Shown here piece after piece: positions 12,196 through 26,732 of a stretch of DNA of 64,000 nucleotides; position 1 is the stretch's first letter; every line of letters begins with the position of its first letter. Below the pieces are notes generated by a model that saw only the letters and a program-made list of their open reading frames with translations, made no database searches and was not told the origin of the DNA. The stretch is taken from positions 1-64,000 of the forward strand of contig CT868485.1 of assembly GCA_000165425.1 (NCBI GenBank). The letters are read 5' to 3'. A program made the translations under genes and the position numbers. The stretch is from Paramecium tetraurelia (taxonomy: Eukaryota).

Positions 12196-13863
12196 ATGTC
12201 TAAGTTAAATTAGGTTATAAAGAAGTTCCTTAGAGACCTTGATCAATTTGGAGTTGTATTCAAACCCAGTATTACATAAGATAGTGAGTATAAAACAGTT
12301 TTAGGTGGAATATTATCTATATTACTTTATGGAATAAGTTTAGGATATTTCATTTACTAATTTGCTATTTGGAAGGAGGGAGGGATGTTACCCAAAATCA
12401 CAGTATCAAGTGAAGTGATAGAAAACTAATAAATCTAATTTGATGAACCTCTCTTTTCAATTCGAATGCGAAAGATGAATGACACAAACATAGACCCCTT
12501 CAATCCTTAGAATATAGTAATGCTTCCATTGATATTCTAATATGTGAATGGCCAATTGATTACTCCTCCTAGTCTCCCCTTAATAAACAACACTGCTGAT
12601 GATGAGTTCGTTACAATATACTTCGATAACATCACTTTGGCCATCAGTAAAGATAGGACAGTAGAATACCCAGAGTTGGAGTACATGATCATATTGATTG
12701 ACTGTGTTCCTCAACTTTTAGTAAATAACACAGACTTGAAGTGTGCCAATTCAACGACAAGGAAAGGCTTTTTCAATTAATAAGTTAATACACTTTTATT
12801 TACAACTTTCATCAAATAATTTAATGCTCAGTAAGAAAAGATCAACACATTCGGATCCGAAGTTATTGTGGCCTTGGATCCAAGTTCTGTCTATTTTTCA
12901 ACGAGCACTTTGAAGATGTAGGAGACTGTAATCGATAATGGATTGCTATTTGAGAACACGTATTAGAGAGACTTTATCTTAGATATCTCAACAGCTGGTT
13001 AGCAGGTGAATAGCAAGTTCTTTGCAGGAGTGATAAACTCTACCACCTATTTTATCAACAACTATTAACTGAATGGAATAAAATCTATCTAATATATCCA
13101 ATATCCAAAGGTTAATGAGGTATTGGCTGATACAGGCTCAATAGTGTCTATTCTATTATTGACCTCAGCATTTGTCATAATGACTAATTAGTACTTTCTG
13201 GAGAGCGAGGCTATATCGCAGGTGATTAATATGTTCTATCCAAATCTTAAGTATTTAAAGTACAGAAAGAATTGGTATGGCAAGATCACCAGGATTTAGT
13301 TATTGGGTAGAAATCTAAATATTGAGAAATTTAATTCGCATTATGGGAAATTGAAAGAAGTGGCTCAAGTGAAATTGACAATAACGAATTAAATCTACGA
13401 AATTTCAAGGCTCTAATTTATATTACAGTCTATCATAACCAGATCTCATTTCATATCTTCACATTAGATTGGGATCAAAGAAAACAACTTCATAGAAAAC
13501 ACCAAGGAGGACAATGAAATGGATAATCAAGAAATAGAGATTTCTAAGGATTCCAGAGTGGTAAGGATTTCATATGTGATCTAGGCTCCCTCCAATGATA
13601 GCAAAATTGAGATGACTTAGCAACAGCATCATTCCGGGTAATAGACTATGCTCCAAGATAATTCCCATAATTCTATATTACCTAGTTTAAACAATAAGCC
13701 TGAGGTGTTCTAACAACTCAAATCGCAATTTCACAGTTCAATTGGCAAATTTAATTGTACGCAAGAGCTCAGTGATCAAGATTTCGAGTTGCTGATTAGC
13801 AAGAAGGAGAGAACTGAGACATAATTGATGGGCTAGTTTTTTGAAATCAATAAAATCAAATGA
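12196..13863 (+). CDS. Ciliate-type two-transmembrane protein with large central loop (paralog A)
   Basis: MSKLNQVIKKFLRDLDQFGVVFKP...YKTVLGGILSILLYGISLGYFIY (TM1)...YPKVNEVLADTGSIVSILLLTSAFVIM (TM2); intron 13561-13584; TGA 13861-13863. Confidence 0.85.
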
Positions 13864-13878
13864 TATTTATTATACTAT

Positions 13879-15501
13879 ATGATAAAATTACTCAAAAGCA
13901 TAGATCAATTTGGAGTTGCATTCCAACCAAGTATCAAATATTCTACCTCTCAATATAAAACATGTTGGGGAGGTATCATGTCTATCTTATTGTATGGATT
14001 GAGCTTCGCTTACTTACTTTATATAATCATTCAATGGAGAACAGGATAAATACTACCTAAGATCACTACATCCTCAAAAGTAGAGAACAATCAGTATTTT
14101 GAAATCAACGAGCAATTCTTAGACGTTCATTTAAGAAAATTCGGTTATTCTATCTATGATCCATTCAACCCTGACGCCCTTATCCTCTAACCTCTTGTGT
14201 ACATTTTCAAGAATAGACTTCCCTTTGGCAAACCAATAGTTCCTGACTATGAAATTATCACAAATTAGGATACCTTTCACACCGTCAGCTTTACCAATAT
14301 GACCATATCAATAAGTGACGCAAGAGACGAAGCCAATCCAGAATTTGAAGTCTTGCTCACCTTGGGAGCTTGTCTTGAGGTCTTTCTAAAAGAAGGGTAG
14401 GCCTGTGCAAACGATACTGTTATCCAACAATTTAAAGATTAAGCCACCAATGCTCTTGTAGTTAAGCATTATGCCAAAGAGTACAATACTTAAACCGAAA
14501 GTCTCGAAAAAATAGGGAGAGAATAAATCATCCCCTTCCAAATTAATAAAGTGTACCAAACACAAACATATATTCAAATTACCTAGACGGAAGTCGATGT
14601 TGGCTTTTTGTTTGAATCCATCAATGATTACAAATACATTAATGAATACCGTGTAGTTAGTGCCTCTCTAGATTTAGAATACTACAACAAATTATTTGGA
14701 TATAATGTATATATGGCATTCCTATATAAAATCGATAACATTTAAATTGAAATCTCAGTTTCCTATACTAAAATCAGTGAAGTGCTAGCAGAAGCAGGAT
14801 CCATTGCATCTACACTACTGTTACTATCCTATTTGGTCATTGTCATGAATCAAAGCCAATTGGAATTCGAAGCCATCAACAATGTCATTTAAATGTACTA
14901 TCCTGATTTTAAGAACATTAAAATCACTAAGAATATCTTTGGGAGCATCAATAAGGTTGAAAAGAATGGAAGACAATTGGATCTGCAATCTTTTAAACAA
15001 CAATACCAAAAATTATCTCATATTAGTGAAATCAAATTAACCATCTCTAATTAAATTTATGAGATATCAAGGCTGCAATTCCTAATCTAGAATCTGCTGC
15101 CTTCCAAGACGATCCAATAAATTCATAATTAGGGAATACCATTACAAATGCAGTATGCTGACAGTGCTAAAGAAGAATAGTAAAATATCAATAAATTGGA
15201 ATGCAGTATCAACCAAGATTATTAGTATAAATTAAATGCAATTGTACTGTATATTTTTACTTAGCTTCCAAACAATGGCAGTCCTCCAATGATGAAAAGC
15301 AACGATGTCTAAACTATTTCATAAACTGAGTCCAAATTGTTGCAAGTTCAATAGAAAGTAGTAGAAAATACTAATATCATACCTTCATCATAATAATATT
15401 TTAGGGACTAAGATTTTGAATTATTGATATATCCAGATAGCGAACTTGAAGGAAATGGAATTTCCAATTAACAGGAAACTAAAATTTAAGTAGACACGTG
15501 A
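13879..15501 (+). CDS. Ciliate-type two-transmembrane protein (paralog B, tandem duplicate)
   Basis: MIKLLKSIDQFGVAFQP...YKTCWGGIMSILLYGLSFAYLLY...YTKISEVLAEAGSIASTLLLLSYLVIV; shares KLTI(T/S)NQIYEISRLQF with paralog A; short intron near 15245-15263. Confidence 0.85.
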
Positions 15502-15743
15502 GTTATAACATTTAAATCAAAATATGTGGTATATTAATACATACAAGTAGGTAAACAATAAATAATGAAGATATAAGTATTTTATTCTTTCCTTATTTCA
15601 AACTTCATCTATAAACAATAGGTAAACAAGTAAAGAAGTATGGTCTATTTTTAGTAATATCTGGTATATTTAAATTAATAAGCAATTGTACTTTCTAATA
15701 ATATATTTTGATTTAAATAATTAATTTTTCATTTTAAATAATT

Positions 15744-17281
<1,538 letters not shown>

Positions 17282-17865
17282 TCTTAATAATAATTATATG
17301 TATGGTATTTGTAATTCAATTGCTAAGTACTCACTAAATCTTTTGGGAACTTCAAGCTCTCAATCTTACTCTTGACTTTTCTTAAAATTTCCCAACATGA
17401 AAGATATTTGATAATGTTTTTTCATTTAAAAATATAAATGAGTTATGTATTAGAATTACATAACTTGATTGAATAATACATGTTAAAATCCATATAGGGA
17501 ATGGATGAACTTATGATTTGCTTGTCTCTCATTGATAATAAACATTAGGAACTATGAATTAGGAGACTTTGTAGATTACTAATTAGAAGGATTGGTTGTT
17601 TTCAATTCTCTATAGGTGCTTAAAGAATTACATTTCAATGATAGAGATGGTTTCACAATGAATATTTTGGTTAATCCAAGGATTTCATACGGTAAATTTC
17701 CATTTCTCAAATTGATTATAAAACTTAAATTTGCATCTACTAAATTAACAGAGTGCTAATAAACTTCAAGAGAATGCTCCTTTTCGGAGAAGATAAGAAT
17801 ACGAAGGGCATTACTTTACTTGTGAATCTAATTTTAGAAGTTAATAATTTCTCATTATTAATTTT

Positions 17866-18821
17866 ATGAAACATATATTAGGTTTATTTTATTGTGTATT
17901 ATATGGTGGATGCTCGTTTTGTTTTTCTCTAAGTGTGAAATACTTATGGATTAAGTTTCAATTCAGGATGACATTCATGGTAACAGTGCTTTATTTATTT
18001 AGAGTTATTGTTGTACGAGAATATTCTTACAGCTTTAATTTGTCTGTTTATGGGAAAGAGGAATCACTCATCGAAAGATACTCTATTGTATTCGTTCATT
18101 TATTCCTTGCAAACATTCTCAGGGATGAAGGGATTGCAAATAATGAATATCTCAATGTACATGACTTTGCGAAGGACGCTGATTTTATTTGTGTTCATGA
18201 TGCAGAAGACGTGGAAGATTTCCAATTTTATGTCTGTGATCTTCATTACTCTGGGAGCCATCATTGCTGGTACATTATAGAATGTGATATGTTTAAGGCT
18301 AGGAGCATTTGGATGAGAACTATTTTGGTTACGGACTCATTCTCATGAATAATCTATTCAATGCTCTTGCATTACACAAATCGAAACAACTGAATTATGA
18401 AAAATAAATAGATCCTCTGGAATTGCTCTTCTAGAATTCTTGTAATCAAATTCCCTTTCTATTTATCGGCGCTTATGCAAGTTAGGAATTACATGACTTC
18501 ATGACTACAACCTACATGAGTGAGCAATTCCTCATAGCCTTCACTTTGGTTGCATTGATGGGGTTCATGTTGTGCTATTCCACCAACTTGTGCAATATGT
18601 ACAACTCCCCAATTGCCATTGCGATCACTCACAACATCAAGGACATTTTGATCACTTCCTACTCCTTCTTCTTCTTGAAGGAAGAGTACGACTTTTAAAT
18701 TCTTGCAGGCATTATCATTAGTTATCTGGGATCAATTTTGTATTCTATTTAAAAAGTAAAAGAAATAAAATCATTATATTTACCACTCTCTTCAAACGAT
18801 AAAGACCAAAAACAAGATTGA
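17866..18821 (+). CDS. Nucleotide-sugar transporter (SLC35D/TPT-like)
   Basis: Multi-TM protein with MNISMYMTLRRTLILFVF, LGAIIAG, CNMYNSPIAIAITHNIKDIL, YLGSILYS; short introns; TGA 18819-18821. Confidence 0.85.
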
Positions 18822-18916
18822 TTGGGCTCCAAAAGCCTATTTTGTTTTTCAAATATAAAATCAAACTATCATTTAAACTTTTTAATTCTATAAGCAATAA
18901 ATTTATTATAATACAA

Positions 18917-21685
18917 ATGTCATAAGAAGTCCAACTTTTCTTCATATGTACTACCACGGAAGAAGATAGGCTCAAAGATCCATCCCTGAAAGATTACAAG
19001 TACTTGCAATACATGGGAAGAAACAAGAATGCAGCTATTCTATATTCCTTGATGCATTATGCTTTGAATAGAAAATAACCTAAAATCTTACAAGAATTTA
19101 CGGAACTTATGAACCTTTCAAGGAACATATCAAAATATTGGGAAATTAGAAATGTGATTCAAAAATCGAAAGATCTAATAAATCCTGTTGAGATGTTCTT
19201 TTAAAATCTATTTTAAGTAGACCAGAAGAGTGAAATTGCTCAAAAATTATTATATGAATTTTGTTGTGAAAAGGGATTGCTCAAAGGATAGGATATATCC
19301 TTTCCTCATCTGGCTTAATTTTTTAAAATGAGGATTTCGATTAACAACTATGAAAATTATTGCGAATAGTTTAAAGATTCAATCGATCTCATATGTACAA
19401 ATAGTGAAAAATATTTTTATTTGATCCCTGAACCAATAATCTATAAGATACCCTCTAATTACTGTAATAATTGCAAAAGTATGACTGAATAAATTAAAGT
19501 CGTTTGTTAACACTAATTTTGTTATAAATGTATTGAAAAGTCTGTTCCATTTATTTGTTGTGGGAAATATTACTTCAAAAATAATTTATAAAGTGAAATC
19601 GAAAAACTGCTTAGATTCAAAGAATATAATGAAAGAAGTAAGGAATTGTAAAAATATTATGAAAGCACAAGGCAATGTGTTCAATAACAACTGCAAGACG
19701 ATAAAAAACAACAAATAGTGTCCATAACTGATGATCCCTTATAGGAATGTAATTTGTGTTTCAGGAAGTTTTAATATTAATTATTTATTTTACGTGATTG
19801 CAAACATCAATATTGTTACGATTGTATGTTTGAAAGGAAACACTAAAAGTATTGTATGGTTAATAAATGCTTCAATAAAATTGATTATTTGGAATTTAAT
19901 AATTATTTAATCTAAGCAAAAAGTGATCATAATGAATAGGTAGATAAAAAGTAAAATCAAATATAGTAATTATAATCTCCAGTATAAGAATCAAGAATAA
20001 TGGAGTATTGTTCAAAATGTAATACACTCTAATGCTATAAATTATTTTAAATCAAAAACTGCAAACATAAATTCTGCAATTAATGTTTATAAAATACAAA
20101 TATGAGATATGTTACCCTGAACTGTTTGGTAAATTTATGCGTTGAGCAATTTAAATCACAAGATTACTAAAATTATATTAAGTAATTATAAGAGGAGTCA
20201 AAGTCAGAGGAATTTGGCAGTCAAAGAAAAAATATCTAAATAAAACTTTTATAGTTTGAGTGTGATGAATGTTTTATATATAGAGATGAAGATTAAAAGT
20301 ATATTTTAAATTGTGGTCATTCTGTCTGCTAAATATGTATCATTAAAGATGATTTTTATAAAAAATGCTGCTAATCATCATCTAGAGATTCAGAATATGT
20401 TAGTTTTCGTAAAAATATTACTGTGAATTGTAAAGGTTGTTAAAACAATTTTCCTTTGAAAAACCTTCACAGATTGGCATGTAAACATGAATTTTGTTGT
20501 AGTTGTTGTTAGAAGATAATATAAAGAAAACCTTATAAATGTTTGGAACAACTATGTGAGAAAGATATAGCTTTTTCTACTTCCTTGATTAAATTCATTT
20601 CTGATCAAATTGCAGGGTAGAAAAAAGAAAGTGAATAAATTGTCAAATCATATAAAATTTCAAATTAGAAGGAAGAAGAACCTAAAATTGATAAGAAGCT
20701 AGAGAATCAAAGCAAAAGCAAAAGCCATCATATTGTTATTCATGAAGAAGAAAAACTGATTGAATAAAATCCACCTTAAAGTTTTACCCTTTAAGAATAT
20801 AACAAAACGGAAGAAGAAAAATCACTTTCAGTTCAAAGTTCAGTAAAAAATATATAGGATGTTAAACAACCTAAATAAGATAATCCAAAGTAATAAGAAG
20901 AATTTATTTAAGTATAGAAGGATATTTCTTTATCAAATGGACAGAATCTAATTTTAAATTAAAATTAAAAAAGATAAAATAAGTCTCCTTTTTTTGAAGT
21001 TGATAAAGTTTCTTAGGTGGATGAGGAGGAGATACTTTTTAATAAATAATTAGATGAAATTAAATTAGCTGAAGAAAAGGAGTCTGAATTTTATACTGGA
21101 TTTTGTACAAATTGTTATCAACAATTTTCTTCTTATAACAGGAAGTAGGTGATAAATTGTAAATCTCATGAAATAGGAGTTTGCTGCACTTTAACAAAAT
21201 TTAGAAATTGTCCACAATGCGAATAAGCAACAACAAAAAGTAAATTGAAAATAAAATAAAGCTTAATTTTACCAACCAATCCTGTAGAATTTGAGTAGAT
21301 TCTTTCAACTACTCTACCAAAAACAGCCTTATCGAATTATTGGCATCAACCATATGAATAAACATATTAAAGTCCGAGTGAGAAATTTCAAAATATTGAT
21401 AGACTCAGATATACTGAAGGTTCAGCAGCAAAAAGAAATAATACTACGGATACGATAAATAAAAGAGTCTTGGAAAGTCAAAAGTAGTTAGATGATAAAT
21501 ATAAATTAAGAAATGATTTAACTTTACAACGCTACCAACCTTAACCTTCATCTTCCTATTATCCTGTGAGATTAGAAAGAAATAATTATGGAAAGCTAGA
21601 TCATGATTACAAATTAGTAGTGCATAGTAATAACTTTACTTAGATTCACAGAAATCCTACCTATTTTTAAAGAAGTTTGATTTGA
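18917..21685 (+). CDS. ~922-aa multi-RING zinc-finger protein with a putative inactive otubain-like N-terminal domain
   Basis: Intronless code-6 ORF. Five C-x2-C...C-x-H-x2-C-x2-C units (e.g. CNLC...CKHQYCYDC, CSKC...CKHKFCNQC, CDEC...CGHSVCQIC, CKGC...CKHEFCCSC) plus a sixth Cys/His cluster (CTNC...CKSHEIGVCC...CPQC). Confidence 0.85.
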
Positions 21686-21725
21686 TTTAATAATAATTTT
21701 TCATTTTTGAAATTAATAAAAAAGT

Positions 21726-22514
21726 ATGAATAATAATGAGATGAGAGAATCTTACCTTGGTGTATTTCATATACCAAATGTTACGTTATCATAATCATAA
21801 TTAGATGATATTTTGAGACTCCTAGATAACCTCAAAAAAATTCCGCATCAATTTTTTACGAGCTTAGACATTGTAGAGAAGGGTTCTTTTCTAATGAGAA
21901 TCAAATTAAAAAAGAACAACAAAGCCAAAGCTATGATAAATTTCGTTATTATATTATAGAAAAAATAAGCGAAAGAGGAATTAGAATAGGATATTGTTGA
22001 GAATGGATTTGTTTTGAGCTTCTATGAATATAATTTTTAATCCAACACCTTGGGATCCTTTGAAAATAAGGAGGAATGGTACATATTAAAGTGTGACAAT
22101 TTTTACTACAATTTATCAGACTAATTCAAAGAGACTAACAAATAATAAACAGTTGTAGGTTGCTTAAATTGCGAGAACTAAAGACCTCGATTTTTGGAAT
22201 AATAAACAATTAACTTTTGCCAAATTTGCATTACTCGTTAATTTGATTTTAAAAATATCAATGAAATGAAGATTTAACTTGAAAATGGCATATTGATAAT
22301 CACAAGATTAGATTAAGAGAAATATTTATAATAATAGGGCCTCTAAATTTAGTGCAGGGGCTATTCCAAATCCTCTTATTTAAATTCAGAATGTAATACT
22401 AATTAATAATCAAAAAACAGTGATAATAATGATGCATATAGTGGAGAATAAGAGTACTCTTAAAATGATGCATATAGTGGAGAATAAGAGTACTCTTAAA
22501 ATGATGCATCATGA
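21726..22514 (+). CDS. Hypothetical protein (262 aa)
   Basis: Open code-6 frame MNNNEMRESYLGVFHIP... with a CxxC...CxxC pair (CLNC, CQIC) and a duplicated C-terminal 12-aa unit; TGA 22512-22514. Confidence 0.6.
22428..22509 (+). repeat. Perfect 36-bp in-frame tandem duplication (NDAYSGEQEYSQ x2 plus partial)
   Basis: AATGATGCATATAGTGGAGAATAAGAGTACTCTTAA at 22428 and 22464, partial copy at 22500. Confidence 0.9.
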
Positions 22515-23161
22515 ATCTATATCTTTTTTAATTAAATAAAAACATCATTTCTTCTCTGCTTTAAAAAGTATAGATCATACAGTTTTTCTAACAAAAGAAC
22601 TCAATGATATTTACTAAAAAATTAATCCTGAAAAAAATAATTAAAACTCAATTGATTATTTTACTCAATAGGATAAATAATTTTTGTTCTTTAAGGAATT
22701 CATAAGTATCTAAGGAATTCATAAGCATCTAAAATGTGTAAACTGTTTTTCATAAATTGTATGAAGAAAGAAAACGCATAAATTTAGAGATTAAAAAATA
22801 TTATAAAATGATTGAATCAATATCTTTCAAGCCATTCAATGATAAAAATAACACTTTAAATTCTGACCCAACCTTGATCTTTTCAAAATAGACAGTGTAA
22901 TAGCGAGGGTCTAGTTATATAAGATTCTTGAATTACACTGTTATTAGACGTTTTTGAGTCTTTTTTAAGCTTTTATAATTTTAAATTCGAACAGCAAGGG
23001 GTTGTAAAGAGATATTGAAATTGGTAAAAAGGATGGAACTTAGAATGCTTGTAGTATGGGTTTTTCAAAATCTGATGGATTCTGTAGCCTAATGAATTCT
23101 AATTGAAGATTGTCATATATATCTTAGCGCTTTAATTAAAATTAAATATATAATAATTAAT

Positions 23162-25763
23162 ATGATAAAGGCATCAATTAAGTGTGTCAAATGTTTATAG
23201 GAAACGAAAGAAAGTGCGTCTTATAAAGCAAAATGTGGACACTTGTATTGTATCAAGTGTATAGATCAAATTACTGCTGAAGGGGGTGCAAATTGCTCAG
23301 AGATGTCATGCTCTAATTTTCTAAACATAGCAGATCTAATGAACAGACAATTCCAAAAACTATCGAATAGCAATCAAATGGTTTTTGGGAAATAGGTTAC
23401 CATGTTTGCAGGAGATCCCAAAAAATTAGGTAAAAATTGGAAGTTATCTTATAGCATCACCATCTCAATAAAACAAAGCAACAGCTGTAAAACAGAACAA
23501 CTAAAACTTAAATACTCCACGAAATTAATAGAAAAATACTCTGCCTCGAAGATCAATTTAAGAACGTTCTCCTGTGGCAATTTAAACGAAATCCAAATCT
23601 TAAATGCAGAAAGTAACAGATCGTGTTTTGCAGCAATAAAATAGTGCCAAGATGATTAACCCAAAGCAACAATAAACCTAATAAAGATAATAAGCATAGG
23701 TAATTCCATAACAGCAAGTGTAATAACCTAAATAATAACAATAAAAATTGACACAACAAAATGTTTATATCTAACCACAAAAACAAGAGATCAAAGTGGA
23801 TATCGACAATAGAATGACGGAATCATTTTCCTATAAATGTGACTATTGTCATTCCAATAACTCAGGGTTATTTCATAATGAAATCTGTGATCATCGCTTA
23901 TGTTATGATTGCATTTAAAAATATTATGATGACTATTGTGTCTGCTTTGTCAAGGATTGCGGTTGGTAAATCAACTAGGAATAATTAAACTAATTTATGT
24001 TAACCTATGTCACCTTTTAATTGGGTGAAGTTGAAGAAGTCAAACTCAAAAGACAACAATCCTCGAATGATCAGCAAGACATCTTAATTAGCAAATTTCA
24101 ATTTGAAGAAGTCACCTTACAACACATGTAAATATCCAACATGAATGAATTCATCAAGACCTTTGACGAGCTCAAAATCAAGGAAAAAAATTACATCGAT
24201 CTCAGATTTGGACCAAATGACAAAAGTGTTGGATCCAATTACTCAGTTACCTGGTAAAGATTGAATGTGATATTCAATGGGGATTATCAGTTTTTTGCAA
24301 AAGCAAACGATGACAAAAGGTTTGGACTTGGTAAATACATTGGGCCTTAAGATATCATATAAGGTTAATTAGGAAACTGCTATTTACTGGCCTCAATTTC
24401 AGCTTTGGGGAATAGAAGACCAGATTTGTTATTAGATGTTTTTATTACTAGAGCAATCAATGAATAGGGCATTTATTGCATTAGATTGTGTATAGATGGG
24501 ATATGGAAGGCCATCTATGTGGATGATTACTTCCCAGTTTATCCAAATTTAACACCCATATTTACCAAAGCAAAGAATAATGCAATTTGGGTTATGGTTC
24601 TAGAGAAAGCATGGGCCAAATTGTTTGGCTCTTATCAAAATAGTGCTGCTGGCTCAATGCAAGAAGTACTCAGAGCATTAACTGGAGCACCAACAGAAGT
24701 TATCTGGACTCAATCTCCAGATTTCATTGCTCAACTAAGGAGATGTCTTGCCAATAAGGTTATCATGGTGGCAGCAACCCAAAGTAGTGATATCCAACCC
24801 ATTACACAAGGATTGGTTCCTAATCATGCCTATTCAGTTCTGAAGATCAGATAAATCAATCATCCAAAAAGAGGATAAGTGGAATTGTTGAAATTGAGAA
24901 ACCCTTGGGGGAAGAAAGAATGGACTGGAGATTGGGGATAAGATAGTCCATTGTGGACTCCACAATTGAGATAAGAGTTAAAATTGGATAAAGAAGATTC
25001 TGGTGTATTCTATATGGATGTAGGATCATTCATGCAATAGTTTAGAGACATTCATATTTGTCATATCAAACAAGATTATTAATATTCAGCTACTCAAATC
25101 AAGTCAAGCAAGAAAAAGGCTGTCTATTATTCATTTAAAATTACTAAGGAAGGAGACTATTACATTACTATCAATTAACGAAATCAAAGATGGGCAGGAA
25201 ACCCTAAGTATAGCAATGCTAAACTGCTTATTTGTAAAAAGGAAGAAAACCATACATACACATATATTGCTGGTAAATTAAGTTAATTTGGAGAAGTATG
25301 GTGTAAATGCACTTTAACAAAGGGTGAATATGTTGTGTTTGCAAAGGTGATTTGGGAACATCATCAAGAATTTTTCTTTGTTCTCTCATCATATGGAATT
25401 GATAAACTTGAATTCAAATAAATAAAAAAGATTCCTGAAATGCTCCCAAGTGTCTTGATCAAAAAAGGACTGGTTTAATAACCAAAACGAAGTTATGACA
25501 CTATGGGATAACCCAAAATCCAAAGTTGCTATAATCTAGATAGATTAGATGGTTGGGGTTATTACTTCATTGACAATCAATCAAATGTTAAATTAATTAG
25601 CAAAATATCCTTTCATAAATTCTATGGCCTCAAATTTTGTAAACCTCATAGAGGAGTTACACTCAACATTGAACTGGCTCCTGGCAAATAGTTTATTGCA
25701 GTTATCAAAGTGCTTTCTGGATATGAAATAGAATTTACTCAAAAGGTTCAATTTCAACAATGA
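23162..25763 (+). CDS. Calpain-family cysteine protease (CysPc + domain III-like) with two N-terminal RING-like fingers
   Basis: Catalytic motifs DIIQGQLGNCYFLASI, VDDYFP, WVMVLEKAWAKLFGSY, GLVPNHAYSV, LRNPWG. RINGs CVKC...CGHLYCIKC...CSEMSC and CDYC...CDHRLCYDC...CFVKDC. Intron 23430-23454. Confidence 0.93.
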
Positions 25764-25851
25764 TTGATTCCTATGTTTAATTTATGTAATTTAGTATTAA
25801 AATCAAGAAAAAATATTACAATCAGATAATAAATAATATAAACTAAAAAAG

Positions 25852-26732
25852 TCATTATTATTCCACAACTCCTTCCATTTCTGTAGTAATCCCAGTACTC
25901 AAGAGATAGACCTCTTGTTTCGCATCTTCCCCATTCTCTACATACATAGCCTAACCATTTCATACATAAAAAGTTCAAGAATTGTTGATATCTCAATTGA
26001 AACAACTCAGGAATTTTCAATTCGTCTAATTATTTCATCAATTCATAAGCAAAGTATTTCAGTGTCAATTAATCCAAACTCACGAACTTTATCAACTCAA
26101 ACTCTACGTCTCCTTCTTAAATTGCTCTAAGTTTATCAACTAATTTTACGAAAGGATGGCTCTTATCAATACTTCTGCATGAAACTATTTTGGTATTTGA
26201 AAATTCGGAGTGTTCTATTCAGTAAAAGAAATGGATTTATGCCCTTTCTGTTTTAGACACTCTTTATAAACATTAAATATTTGCAACAAATCCTTTGCAT
26301 CCTTCTATTTACATAATTATTACTTAGTAAAATGGCAATCGAGTATGAAAGATTTGGACTGAATTGACATTTTCTGCATTCGTTATCACTAACTCTCCAA
26401 TTCTCACTATTTTTATAGAGCTGCATTAATACTTTGTTGAAGGAGGTCATGTGTTTTATTATTATCTCTAATCAATATATAACCATATATTAAATACCGT
26501 TTTGATATGTAAGACCAGGCTGGCTCATGAGAGGAATTCACTAACACATTTATTCACAACATTACCTACTACATCCACCAATTCCTCTACAATATCTGCT
26601 TATACGATTTAAATGGTAATTTAATTTACAGTTCGCGTAGTTATCACTTTCGACTCTGACTATAAGTTTTACTTCTTTTCCTCGTCAATCCCACAAATAT
26701 CTAATTAATATTCTAATAATACTGTTTCCCAT
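25852..26732 (-). CDS. Macro-domain-like protein with N-terminal MG motif
   Basis: After removing about 7 short introns: MGNNICGIDEEKK...ITIQIVQADIVEELVDVVVNSSHEP...IGELVITNAENVNSVQIFHTRLPFY...VYKECLKQKGHKSISF, which follows the macro fold pattern DI..vD.vVN / G...T.a..l....iiH...P / SIaF. Confidence 0.7.

Noticed and set aside
17360..17855. ~160-codon minus-strand open frame between the kinase and the transporter
   Set aside because: The ATG is out of frame by one base, no motif is recognisable, and with one stop codon such lengths can arise by chance.
22808..23110. Short ORF MIESISFKPF...
   Set aside because: It stops after ~50 codons, with no convincing splice model or homology.
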